A stretch of 64,000 nt of DNA, from the IMG/VR virus record IMGVR_UViG_3300035670_000086, positions 35,867-99,866 of that record. One strand, written 5' to 3'. The notes beneath the pieces were generated by a model. The model saw nothing but the letters and a program-made list of their open reading frames with translations, was not told the origin of the DNA and ran no database searches. Of the stretch, positions 18,932-28,615 are shown piece by piece; within the stretch, counting starts at the first letter, position 1, and each line of letters begins with the position of its first letter. A program made the translations under genes and the position numbers. This stretch comes from a virus.

Positions 18932-19351
18932 TCACTTATACTTCATACCTTTTTTGCCCATTTTACCCTTTGCTTTTTTTAGCTGATGTGGCATTTTACC
19001 TTCTTCGATTTGTTCATCTTCATCGTCGAAGTCTTCTTCATCATCTTCGTCTTCTGATTCGTCTTCTTCATAGAGTTCTTCACCGTCTTCTTCTTCCTCT
19101 TCTTCATTGAGGGTAGCAGCATTAACTGCTTCGAGAACATTAGCTGTGTGCTCCATTAGGGCCTCGTCGCTAATAGCCTCGTCTAGGTGTGAAGAGCAGA
19201 GGGGGCATACATGAGCTTCCTCTTCTACTTCTTCGGTTGACTCGTCTATTTTCTGGTCTTGTGTTTTGTTAACCTTTAGACCAAAATCTGACCAAGCGGC
19301 GTTCTCAAGAATAATCTTCATTGCATCATCTGATATATTTAAGTGCTTCAT
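18932..19351 (-). CDS. Acidic prohead-core-like protein with CxxC motif
   Basis: HVCPLCSSHL, poly-E/D tract, basic tail; first gene after a TATAAATA promoter. Confidence 0.65.
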   Translation of the reverse strand: MKHLNISDDAMKIILENAAWSDFGLKVNKTQDQKIDESTEEVEEEAHVCPLCSSHLDEAISDEALMEHTANVLEAVNAATLNEEEEEEDGEELYEEDESEDEDDEEDFDDEDEQIEEGKMPHQLKKAKGKMGKKGMKYK

Positions 19352-19381
19352 AATTTTAAATCCTTTGTGGGAATAAGTTCC

Positions 19382-19396
19382 CTATTGTTATTTATA
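19382..19396 (-). promoter_or_regulatory. T4-type late promoter TATAAATA(-ACAA-TAG)
   Basis: Perfect T4 late consensus in an intergenic gap, followed by a GGGAA-CTTA-TTCCC hairpin and an AAGGA Shine-Dalgarno. Confidence 0.75.
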
Positions 19397-19433
19397 CTAC
19401 TTTAAAACAAGTAGAATATTTTTATTAATTTTT

Positions 19434-19724
19434 TTAATTAGCAAAGACATCTGGGGATCCAATTCCTGCAATATCTCCACATTGAACTAAATCCCCTGTT
19501 CTATGGACCCCTTTATTGTTAACAAGGACAGTAGAACTTCCTGTAGCAGCGGGACCCATAACATGGGTATCGTCACCACAAGTGTGAGTTTGAGAATAAT
19601 TATCCCCAATCCTGACCACAGGTTTATTATTAACGAAGACATCTGGACTGCCTATTAAACAAAGTTTAGGCCCATAACAATGTCCTACCGAAAGATCTGT
19701 ATTTGCTCTAAATATTTGGGGCAT
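19434..19724 (-). CDS. PAAR spike-tip protein (gp5.4-like)
   Basis: GSPDVFVNNKPVVRIGD, GSSTVLVNNKGVHRTGD...CG, His/Cys metal ligands. Confidence 0.92.
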   Translation of the reverse strand: MPQIFRANTDLSVGHCYGPKLCLIGSPDVFVNNKPVVRIGDNYSQTHTCGDDTHVMGPAATGSSTVLVNNKGVHRTGDLVQCGDIAGIGSPDVFAN

Positions 19725-22497
19725 TTCGAATATTATTAATAATTGCTGGGCTTGTTGTATTTATTTCAACTGGAACGACCTTAGCGGCATCAGGAACACC
19801 CTGAATTGTCACTGGTCTAAATCCTAGTAATCGTGTTTCTTTACGGAATATATCGTTTCGAGTGTGTAGTAATTTAACTCCGGTCTTTTCTCCGAGTCGT
19901 AACTTATCTATCATAGTCTTAGAAATTCCTATCTTAAATGTCTTATATTGTTCTATAGTTAATCTAATGAACAAATCAGACCAAGAAACTCCCTCGTCTA
20001 TGACATAGTTATTATTTATTGCACTAGCAGTTTCTACTGCGGCTCTAAATCCGTGTTTTCTTCTTGGTAAAGGCTCTTGATTTTCTTTAAACCCTAAAGA
20101 TAATAATCCGGCTCTACCAGTAAATGTTCCTTGCTTTCCATTAACATTTAACTCGTCATTAACATCGGTATTTGGGTAAGTGTCTTCGATTTTAATCCAA
20201 TGCTGATCCAAGCCAGTTTTATTATATCTGGGGTCTGGAGATGCTGTAAAAAGCATTCTACGCTTGTTCCATTCTATCAGCCTAGAATAGCCATTAAAGA
20301 AGTTTAAATTATATTTATTAGTGGGCAATATAATTATAAGTTCAGGGATCTTTCTAACAAATAATTGCTCCCCTGCTTTAGTTCCAAATTGGTGTAAACT
20401 AAAATTGGTAAACTCAAATTCGTATGTGCTGCTAGATGTAAAATGACCTAAGATAGGATCATTATGATTTACAGTGAAAACCTTCCAAGGATACAATCTG
20501 TACTTAACTGCGTTTCTAATATTAGTCGCGTTAGTTTCTATTGTATATTGAACCTTTGTTTTTCTAGTAAATATGCTATCTGAATCAGGAAGATCCTCTA
20601 TTGACTCCCTGTCAATTTTTAAAACATAATACTTAGATCTTTCCCCAGATAGACTATAGTTAATTTCTAAGTCATTTGCAGAGGGGGAAGTTACCGTAAA
20701 CACTGTTTGCCACTTAGATCCTACATCGTGTAGCGTAGCAAATTCCACATCATTTTGTAATGTAACTGCTCGGTTAATATCACTATAAGATCCAACATAA
20801 TCCAAAGAATTGTTTGTTAGTGTTACGCAAACAGAGTAATCTATTCTATCTACAGGAACAGTAATACTAGATCCAGCAGATGTTGTTACTTGGATAGTGT
20901 CGGTGTCCTGAATGTATATTGGGTAGTCCGTACCACTAGCAGTAACTAAAATCCTACGGTTTATATCGGTAGGCAAAATGTACCATAGTTTTAGTAATTC
21001 TTTATTTTGATCAGCATAGTTATCTGGATCTAGTGATTTTACATTTTGTAAAGCGCGTACTACACCTCTAGTTTGATTTGGTGCAGTATCTATTACTACG
21101 GGTTGAGTAGTTATTCTTTGTTTTTGATCAGTTCTGATTTTTTTCAATTCGCTTTTAGAAACACCGAATTGAGATTTTAAGAGTTGTAAAGAACGAGCAT
21201 TTTCGTTATTTTGTTGTACTGCTCTTTCTTTTAAATCACTAATATAACCAACATCTATTTCATTTATCGTATTCTCTAGTAAGTGCTTCTTTATTCCTTT
21301 AGCTATTTTCGACTCAGGAATAGGTCTACCATCTGGGTAAGTTAAATTAAATAAAATATCTCGTAAATCTTTTTTAACTGATTGTTTTATGTTATTTAAA
21401 GATAAACTAGCAATATCAACATTCAAAGCACTAAGCACAGATTGAGAACTTGCTATTAAATTTTGAACTCTTATATCCCGCTGTTCTCCGAAGAAATCAC
21501 TGTAGATGGAAGATCTAACAAAATTAACTACATTAGATGGTTTTGTAATAATCGTATATGTCGGATCACCAAAAGAGTATCCTGTAGGCACTCGACTGTC
21601 TAATATTCTAGGATCATACTGATACCCGGGTAAGTTATCTCCATATTGATTGGTTGGGATAGTTACCTCTTGAGTTTCAGTTTGCACAACAACAGAAGGC
21701 TCCGTTGTGACAACAGATCCCCCAGTCCCAAGACCCCCAGTGCCTCCAGTCCCACCGCCACCACCTGTCTGAGGCTCATCTGGATTTATAATTTCTGTGC
21801 AAGTGTTAGGAATTAAGGTTAATGTAAATCCTGTACATGGTGGATTTATAGAAGCACAATCTGCGAATTCTCCTACTCCGGGTAATGGAGGGTTTGGAGT
21901 AGTATATGTATAAACTCTAGGTAGACAATTTTTTACTGATTTTATACATCTACAATCAGTCTCCTCTGGTACAGTCTCATCAAATTGTCCTCCCCCTATG
22001 GAGATACAAGGAACTATTGTGTTTACAGTTTCACAGTAGTAAAAAGTAATAGATCCACCCTCACCATCTGGAGGGTTAGTATCATCAACACAATTTGCCT
22101 GACAATCAGTTATACTCGCATAAGTTAATTCCCCAGCTACGACATCGCGCTGACGAATGTATAAACATTCAAATTGTCCTGTAATTGCGTTTCGCCTACA
22201 AACTATGACTGGGAAACATTCATATTCACATTCGTCTTTTGTAGTATGTGTACTTATTGCTCCAGCGGGAACGGCATTTAAACTATATTCTTTACAAGTT
22301 CTGCTTGTTGGTCCTGCTTCAGCATCGGTGCTTTCACATACCCAAACCGTAGGAATAGGATCTACAGGATCACCTGTATTATCATCACCATCATCATCAG
22401 ATTGATCTAAACTTCCTCCATCAATAGCGTCAACAGGAATCGGTAAAAGTCCCGGATTCCCTAATTCACAAGGAAGTCTATTAAGATCAACTGTCAT
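19708..22497 (-). CDS. 929-aa hypothetical virion protein with Cys-rich N-terminus and Gly linker
   Basis: Many Cys in the first ~235 aa; GGGGGTGGTGGLGTGG linker; lies in the baseplate operon. Confidence 0.65.
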   Translation of the reverse strand: MTVDLNRLPCELGNPGLLPIPVDAIDGGSLDQSDDDGDDNTGDPVDPIPTVWVCESTDAEAGPTSRTCKEYSLNAVPAGAISTHTTKDECEYECFPVIVCRRNAITGQFECLYIRQRDVVAGELTYASITDCQANCVDDTNPPDGEGGSITFYYCETVNTIVPCISIGGGQFDETVPEETDCRCIKSVKNCLPRVYTYTTPNPPLPGVGEFADCASINPPCTGFTLTLIPNTCTEIINPDEPQTGGGGGTGGTGGLGTGGSVVTTEPSVVVQTETQEVTIPTNQYGDNLPGYQYDPRILDSRVPTGYSFGDPTYTIITKPSNVVNFVRSSIYSDFFGEQRDIRVQNLIASSQSVLSALNVDIASLSLNNIKQSVKKDLRDILFNLTYPDGRPIPESKIAKGIKKHLLENTINEIDVGYISDLKERAVQQNNENARSLQLLKSQFGVSKSELKKIRTDQKQRITTQPVVIDTAPNQTRGVVRALQNVKSLDPDNYADQNKELLKLWYILPTDINRRILVTASGTDYPIYIQDTDTIQVTTSAGSSITVPVDRIDYSVCVTLTNNSLDYVGSYSDINRAVTLQNDVEFATLHDVGSKWQTVFTVTSPSANDLEINYSLSGERSKYYVLKIDRESIEDLPDSDSIFTRKTKVQYTIETNATNIRNAVKYRLYPWKVFTVNHNDPILGHFTSSSTYEFEFTNFSLHQFGTKAGEQLFVRKIPELIIILPTNKYNLNFFNGYSRLIEWNKRRMLFTASPDPRYNKTGLDQHWIKIEDTYPNTDVNDELNVNGKQGTFTGRAGLLSLGFKENQEPLPRRKHGFRAAVETASAINNNYVIDEGVSWSDLFIRLTIEQYKTFKIGISKTMIDKLRLGEKTGVKLLHTRNDIFRKETRLLGFRPVTIQGVPDAAKVVPVEINTTSPAIINNIRNAPNI

Positions 22498-24749
22498 CTG
22501 AGTTGAATAGTGGGAGTGTTATCTTGAGGTAATCTACTGCTGTACGCTTGTGATGGATATCCTACAACTTCAAAAGCTACAGTAGGATAAACACATTTTA
22601 CAATTACAGGGTTTTTGTTTCTGTGTGCAGATTCACTTATCGAATTTATAGTGTAATCTAAAACATCGTATCCATTATTGTTTGTTGGGTACGGTATTTT
22701 TGTACTAAATGTAAAGAAAGCTAATCCAGCACTAGAATTTCTATTTTTTCTAGGATTTAAATTTTGATTAATATTATCCTGACTAAAAATAGAATTCGGG
22801 TTAAACACCGTATCACTCGAAGTAGGGTTAGAAAGATTAGCTGGTGCGACACAATAAATTATAAAATGATCAGGGAATTTTTCATAATACAAACCTTGTG
22901 TGTAAGAATATAGAGAATCTCCCTCAAAACCAGTAGGTAGAGTTGTGTCTGAACCTGCTTGAACACAATTTTTATATGACAGCTTTACCTCATAATCTGC
23001 CATCCAAGGGACTTGAGTTCTATCTATATTAATTCGTTTTTTCAAAAATAACATTCCACGCAATCTATTTCTGATTTGTAAATTATAGTTATTATTTATT
23101 ACTGTAGGATCAAAGAAGGAGAAATTAATTCTATCTCCAACCCTAGTTCCGGGATCTACAAGGTTAGCTGTAGTTGTTGGTGGTTCTGAAGTCCACCAAT
23201 CAGCTAAATCCCAGTCTGGTAATGCAGGAACAGTGTCATCAGTAAACACATTTTCAGTAATTCCTAAGGATGAGAGTGTGGCGTTAATTGCTCCTTCTGG
23301 ACCAAAGTTTAACCCTCCCCAAATGTTCCCTCCAGCTACAGTTCTAGCAGGGTTATTACCTTGTGTGATTGTACCGTTTAGTCTAGAAATTTCTGCATCA
23401 ATATAACCCTTTAATTTTGATGCTTCCGCATCTATAGCATATTGAGTTGCTACAGGGTTAGCTAGTGAAGGTGATGGTAATGCAGCAGCTAAACCAGCAC
23501 GCTCATTGTAAGTTAACTCTGCTGTTCTAAAGAATGGACGGATATCCAAAATATCAGACTCAGTTAGAACTATATTACCTAAAGAGTTGACTGTGCCTGT
23601 TTTTCTGACAACAACATAAGCTAATGGGAGTATTGATTGACCAATTAGTTGAGCATCAGTTTCAGATAGTCTCTCAGAGATTACAGGAGCTAAGTTCATC
23701 AAATCATCCGGGCTAGGGAATGATCCATGGACATTAATTGATGTAGCTTGGAATCCATTTGTGGTTATGGATGCATCTTTGTAATCTGCTAAAATTTGAG
23801 TGTTTCCAGCAACATCGCGTGCGGGGGAGACGGAATATGTTGTGGGAGATATACCTACGCCTGCACCACGCACGATACCTAAAACTGGTTTAGTTATTGT
23901 TACGGGTTGACCACCAGACCACTTTTGTATTGTTGTTGATGAAACATCAACAGGTTTGCTGTAAACAAACAATAGGTCGATTCTAACTGATGCGTTAGGA
24001 ATTAATTGCTTCTCGCCAGCAGCAGTTATTGTAAAGAAATCATTCTCATCAAAATTAGGTATTTGAATGGATAACTCTTCTGGAACATCGACAATTGCAG
24101 TTCTAGCTACGCCTCTAAATTGTTTTACAAACTCAGCACCTAATCTTGGTAACTCATATCCTGCACCGTATGCTTGAGTAAATGTTGCGAAGAAATCAAA
24201 ATTATTCAATAAAGGCCACTTGGAAGAAGCATTTACTAATCCTATTGATGGTAAAGAATTTTGAATGCTTGAATCACCAACCAAATCTGTATCAAATACA
24301 GGCCAAGTAAGGACTCTTTCTACAAGACCATTTAAAGAAAGAGCATTAGTTGTTGTTGCTGATTGTAGGCTAGAAACAAATGATTGAGCAAGGGTTAAAC
24401 CACTAGGATTGTTATATTGCTCGAATTGACCTGCTTCCAATCCAGTTAGTAAAGAAAGTTTTTGTAACGGATTTTTGTTGTATGCATCATTAATTCTAGC
24501 AGTAAAGCGTCCGGGTTTAACCTTTACAATATTTGTATTTCCCTCTACATAAGGACGCAATTCATTAATCTCATTACGATCTATACCATCTGCTGCTGGG
24601 TTTGATGCTATTTGATCTTTGAGCCACAAACAGTTTTCTTGCAACTGTTTTAGTGGTATATTATCCACTTCCCAGTAGTAAGGATCATTCTCCTTAAAAT
24701 ATCTTACAGGATCAGTAAAAACATAATTAGATTCTTTAAAACCAGCCAT
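22494..24749 (-). CDS. Baseplate/tail appendage protein
   Basis: N-terminal YYWEVDNIPLKQLQEN motif shared with the neighbouring ORF; operon context. Confidence 0.55.
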   Translation of the reverse strand: MAGFKESNYVFTDPVRYFKENDPYYWEVDNIPLKQLQENCLWLKDQIASNPAADGIDRNEINELRPYVEGNTNIVKVKPGRFTARINDAYNKNPLQKLSLLTGLEAGQFEQYNNPSGLTLAQSFVSSLQSATTTNALSLNGLVERVLTWPVFDTDLVGDSSIQNSLPSIGLVNASSKWPLLNNFDFFATFTQAYGAGYELPRLGAEFVKQFRGVARTAIVDVPEELSIQIPNFDENDFFTITAAGEKQLIPNASVRIDLLFVYSKPVDVSSTTIQKWSGGQPVTITKPVLGIVRGAGVGISPTTYSVSPARDVAGNTQILADYKDASITTNGFQATSINVHGSFPSPDDLMNLAPVISERLSETDAQLIGQSILPLAYVVVRKTGTVNSLGNIVLTESDILDIRPFFRTAELTYNERAGLAAALPSPSLANPVATQYAIDAEASKLKGYIDAEISRLNGTITQGNNPARTVAGGNIWGGLNFGPEGAINATLSSLGITENVFTDDTVPALPDWDLADWWTSEPPTTTANLVDPGTRVGDRINFSFFDPTVINNNYNLQIRNRLRGMLFLKKRINIDRTQVPWMADYEVKLSYKNCVQAGSDTTLPTGFEGDSLYSYTQGLYYEKFPDHFIIYCVAPANLSNPTSSDTVFNPNSIFSQDNINQNLNPRKNRNSSAGLAFFTFSTKIPYPTNNNGYDVLDYTINSISESAHRNKNPVIVKCVYPTVAFEVVGYPSQAYSSRLPQDNTPTIQLR

Positions 24750-27700
24750 TAGTCATCTCTCCTTAGATCAAATATTTCAGCAGATTTAAATCCTTTACCG
24801 TAGCCAGCAACATTAGAATCATATCCTTGTCCACCAGCAGTAGAGGTAGATCTATAGATGGTAACTAATGCATGCCGTCCAGACTTTGCTATTGCATTGT
24901 GTTTTGCATTAGCAAAAGAATCAGCAGCGGACTCATCCAATCGTATTCTATTTTTGTAACTAGCATCTACCATGGCTGAAACATAGTAGAACGCAGATGT
25001 GGATATACCGCTGTAAATTGCATCAAATGCTGATGCTCCAATTAAGTTTCCTGATGGGTTGTATCCTTGAGCCAGCATTTGATAGGGAGCACCGTAGAAA
25101 GCTGCTTGGTCTGCTCCAGTTCCGCTAACATAACCAAGCATCTTAGCTTGTGAATGTGGTGAGAAATACAATCTAAATGGTCCGTAATTTGTACCTGCTC
25201 TAGATGAAGACACCCCATAGAAATCTAAAACACTCAAAGTGCTAGTGTCTGGAGTAGAGGATGGTGCTCCTGATGCTGGAACACCCGCACCACTTAAATA
25301 AACTGCGCTAGGGCCATAATATCCAGCCAAACTTGGATACATTCCACTAACAGATAGGTAAGCTGCTTCCAACTCAGAGTTTTGACAGATGTTCCAAATT
25401 CGCAACAGTTCACAGTTTCCAGATGATGAATCATAGAATGCAGATGAAGTGTTGTACCATCCAGCAGCAAAGTTAACATTTAGAGCTTTTACTTTACTAC
25501 CATTTTGAGCTTTAACACAAATTCCACCTTTAGAGTAGTTAGCAATATTTGTTGCGGAGTTTGCGTCTTTGTATGAAGTTAAGAAGTAACCGGGGTTTGT
25601 TTCTGTATATACATACGAGCCTATTGCTGCTGGGACTAAGTTTGTACCAGTTAACAAGTTATCATCTTGTGGGTTGGGATAGAACTGAACATACCCACCA
25701 CTAGTGTAATAAGTTGTATTGTACACATCAGAATTATTGTAGTCTTGACTAGGTAAAACCGTTGCTCCCCATTGAGTAGCGTAATCTCCAATATCCTCCA
25801 TGTTAATCACAGAGTTTTTATCTGCAACTAAGCAAGATTTAATTGCATGTAATTCTACTCTTGTATGATTCTGATTATCACTTAAATTCCAACCAGAAAC
25901 ATCTAATGTATTATTATCTCTCTTATGAGGTCCAAAGTTTACGACTGAGTTATCTTCAGCTAAAACATCTACAGCCCCTTGTGCAATTAAAGTATTTCCG
26001 TTGAATGTAGCCGCTGAGTTTTTAGATACATAAACAATTGCTGCCTTTTTCTGTGCAGCTAAAGTTTGAGGTCCAACTAACATAGTGGGGCCTGTGTTAG
26101 GTGATACACCTCCTGAACCACGCAAAACAACTTTACTGTTATCAGATATGGATAAGCATGCACCGAACAAAGGTTGGGCATACACACTAGTTGTTTGATA
26201 AGTTTTAATTTCGGGATGTATTAATTCTGCGCGTGAGCTATTCTTTATTTCTATAGCGGGTAATCTTCCCTTTGTACCACTTACATCGTAAGATCCAAAA
26301 GAATCTATGGCAAGAATATTACCTACCTTTGAAGGCATTGATGTTGCATATGGATATCTCAAAATGGAATGGTTTAGAACCATGTGTTGACCATTTCGAT
26401 AGAATGTAAATTGCTTGTAAGTTTTACCTATCTGACTGTTTTCATATGATGTAGTCACGCTAGGTCTAATTAAATCTGGATTGAAAACAATATCACAATT
26501 ATTAGCTTCAAATCCGATCTCTTGATTGTTTTCTATGGTTAGTAGTGGGAAGTTCAATTTAGAATTATTAGCAACTATACCGTTGTAATTATTAATAATT
26601 TCCAAGCCACCTTGATGGTCAAAGATAGAATTAGTTACTTCCAAACCCACTCTCTTATTGTACAAAGATTGGATCATGGTGGGGCCATCAGTCACAGAGA
26701 ATGCTGTAGTTATCTTGTTGCCACCTACTATTTTGGAATTATTTAATTGAATACCTACATCATTAAATGCAAACTGAGATATTAGATCCACACCCGAATA
26801 CTGCACATATGCTGTGCTTACAGGTACAAAGTTTATTAAACTGTTTTCTGCATATAAACCAATTCCATTTGAATTCGCAGATCTATCTGAAGTTGAGGAT
26901 ATTTCGTAGTTTCTTGCAGCTACGATGGCTCTACGAACATCTACATTAGAATTAATTATTTTAAATCCATGCTTCTTGCAACGCATGGACATTACATTCT
27001 CTAGAACAACATCAGAGTTTACTATATTGAATCCTGAGTCAATACTTTGTGTAATAGTTCCTGTTGTGTCTAATGACCCATCAACCAAGAATCCACGAAT
27101 AAATATTGGGCCATCACAATTACTAACTTTTACATTAGATAAGAAATTACCAAATGCTAAAACTGCAACATTAGATTGGTCTTGTATTGCTGTTCTTGCT
27201 ATTGCTGCTCCTGAGATTGTATCCGTTACTGCTACATCATATGCAGTGATAGTTGGGTCTTCAGTATTGCCATACTCTGCAATAGCGAACTTATTTGTTG
27301 CTATTGATTGATCAAATTGAGTATCTTTAAAACTTAGTATAGGTTTTTTAGTTAGTAGTGATGTTGCTCCGTAAGCGTAATTTACAACCCATGAACGGTT
27401 GTTTGAATTTAGTCTTGCATCTGTGGTAGCACTCAAAACTACTGAACTTATGGCAAGAGCAGATGCATTATGGAACATTTCCTTTATCATCAAGGAGCTT
27501 ACGGATGGATCGCTACTGATGTACAATGCAGATGGGGCTGCGGCAGAACCAAATTTAGATCTTGCAAAAACTCGGTTAACTATTTCTAGACCTGCGCCCG
27601 GACAGGAATCATCTATTTTTATATTATTTAAATTAAGTTCACCTAAGTTTCCAAAACTTGCTACTTCAATTATAATCGGATAAGTAATTGGATTAGGGAG

Positions 27701-28003
27701 TACATTTATAACTGAACTTAAATCTCTAAAAACTATACCACTAGAATCTTGTCCAACAGGGAAACCATAGTCTGAGGACACAACAAACATTTTGCCGGGA
27801 ATACCGGAGAAACCATCTCTAACTGGGTAGCCTATTCTTTCCCAGATATAAGATGTACGATCCTCAAGATCATATATTGGCATGTTATCTTCTTCCCAGT
27901 TGTAGAAAGAAGATGAATCGAACTTAGTTACAGTTGCTTGCCAGTCGTTAATTATTGCGACTGTGCCCGAGGTTAAATATAAATCTTGAGGGATGAAAGA
28001 CAT
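24749..28003 (-). CDS. Tailspike-like protein with predicted parallel beta-helix
   Basis: Recurrent G(F/I/L)xxxNS turns (GFNIVNS, GFKIINS, GLYAENS, GIQLNNS, GLEVTNS, GIVANNS). Confidence 0.6.
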   Translation of the reverse strand: MSFIPQDLYLTSGTVAIINDWQATVTKFDSSSFYNWEEDNMPIYDLEDRTSYIWERIGYPVRDGFSGIPGKMFVVSSDYGFPVGQDSSGIVFRDLSSVINVLPNPITYPIIIEVASFGNLGELNLNNIKIDDSCPGAGLEIVNRVFARSKFGSAAAPSALYISSDPSVSSLMIKEMFHNASALAISSVVLSATTDARLNSNNRSWVVNYAYGATSLLTKKPILSFKDTQFDQSIATNKFAIAEYGNTEDPTITAYDVAVTDTISGAAIARTAIQDQSNVAVLAFGNFLSNVKVSNCDGPIFIRGFLVDGSLDTTGTITQSIDSGFNIVNSDVVLENVMSMRCKKHGFKIINSNVDVRRAIVAARNYEISSTSDRSANSNGIGLYAENSLINFVPVSTAYVQYSGVDLISQFAFNDVGIQLNNSKIVGGNKITTAFSVTDGPTMIQSLYNKRVGLEVTNSIFDHQGGLEIINNYNGIVANNSKLNFPLLTIENNQEIGFEANNCDIVFNPDLIRPSVTTSYENSQIGKTYKQFTFYRNGQHMVLNHSILRYPYATSMPSKVGNILAIDSFGSYDVSGTKGRLPAIEIKNSSRAELIHPEIKTYQTTSVYAQPLFGACLSISDNSKVVLRGSGGVSPNTGPTMLVGPQTLAAQKKAAIVYVSKNSAATFNGNTLIAQGAVDVLAEDNSVVNFGPHKRDNNTLDVSGWNLSDNQNHTRVELHAIKSCLVADKNSVINMEDIGDYATQWGATVLPSQDYNNSDVYNTTYYTSGGYVQFYPNPQDDNLLTGTNLVPAAIGSYVYTETNPGYFLTSYKDANSATNIANYSKGGICVKAQNGSKVKALNVNFAAGWYNTSSAFYDSSSGNCELLRIWNICQNSELEAAYLSVSGMYPSLAGYYGPSAVYLSGAGVPASGAPSSTPDTSTLSVLDFYGVSSSRAGTNYGPFRLYFSPHSQAKMLGYVSGTGADQAAFYGAPYQMLAQGYNPSGNLIGASAFDAIYSGISTSAFYYVSAMVDASYKNRIRLDESAADSFANAKHNAIAKSGRHALVTIYRSTSTAGGQGYDSNVAGYGKGFKSAEIFDLRRDD

Positions 28004-28012
28004 TTAAAATCC

Positions 28013-28615
28013 TTAGAATGTTATAGTCCACTTAAATACTAGTGCAAAATCAGAAGATTTTTCTATAGGTGTAAAATATTTATATGCTACAAGGATGGGG
28101 GCTGGAGTTGATAACTTTCTAATGTTATGTACAAATAACCCGATCTCATCCAAGTAATCAGGAAGCCCGTTCGCATTGTTTGCACCTAAAAATAAAATGT
28201 ATTGCACGGCATTTTTGGATACTCGAACAATATTATTATCAGGTATTTTAGCGAAAATTTTATTACTGACAATCGTCCCGTTAGCTAATTGACTAAGAGT
28301 AGACAATTGTAACTCCCCTGTCTGCCCGTAAGAATCTATGCTACTTAAAGATGATCCTAGCTGATAAGTTCCTATTCCGGGCACAGATCCGTCAGTTCCG
28401 ACTTGGAACCATCTAATCTGGTAATCATATGCTTTATCGGATCCAGATGCAGCAAATAGGTGAGATAAAGCTACACCCATACCAGATACAATCTGGTTAG
28501 AGTCCGAGAAATGGAGTTCTCGCTTCCCGTCTGGGTAAACTTTCCAAATTTCAATTTCCCCTGTAGGGCTATAAACTTCTCTATTTGATCTCATACTTGT
28601 ATATATTTCTCCCAC
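28013..28615 (-). CDS. Baseplate/tail-collar-type structural protein
   Basis: NQIV..G...L, FQVG, EIGLF, LVAYKYF.PIEKS.DF.LVFKWTITF. Confidence 0.65.
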   Translation of the reverse strand: MGEIYTSMRSNREVYSPTGEIEIWKVYPDGKRELHFSDSNQIVSGMGVALSHLFAASGSDKAYDYQIRWFQVGTDGSVPGIGTYQLGSSLSSIDSYGQTGELQLSTLSQLANGTIVSNKIFAKIPDNNIVRVSKNAVQYILFLGANNANGLPDYLDEIGLFVHNIRKLSTPAPILVAYKYFTPIEKSSDFALVFKWTITF

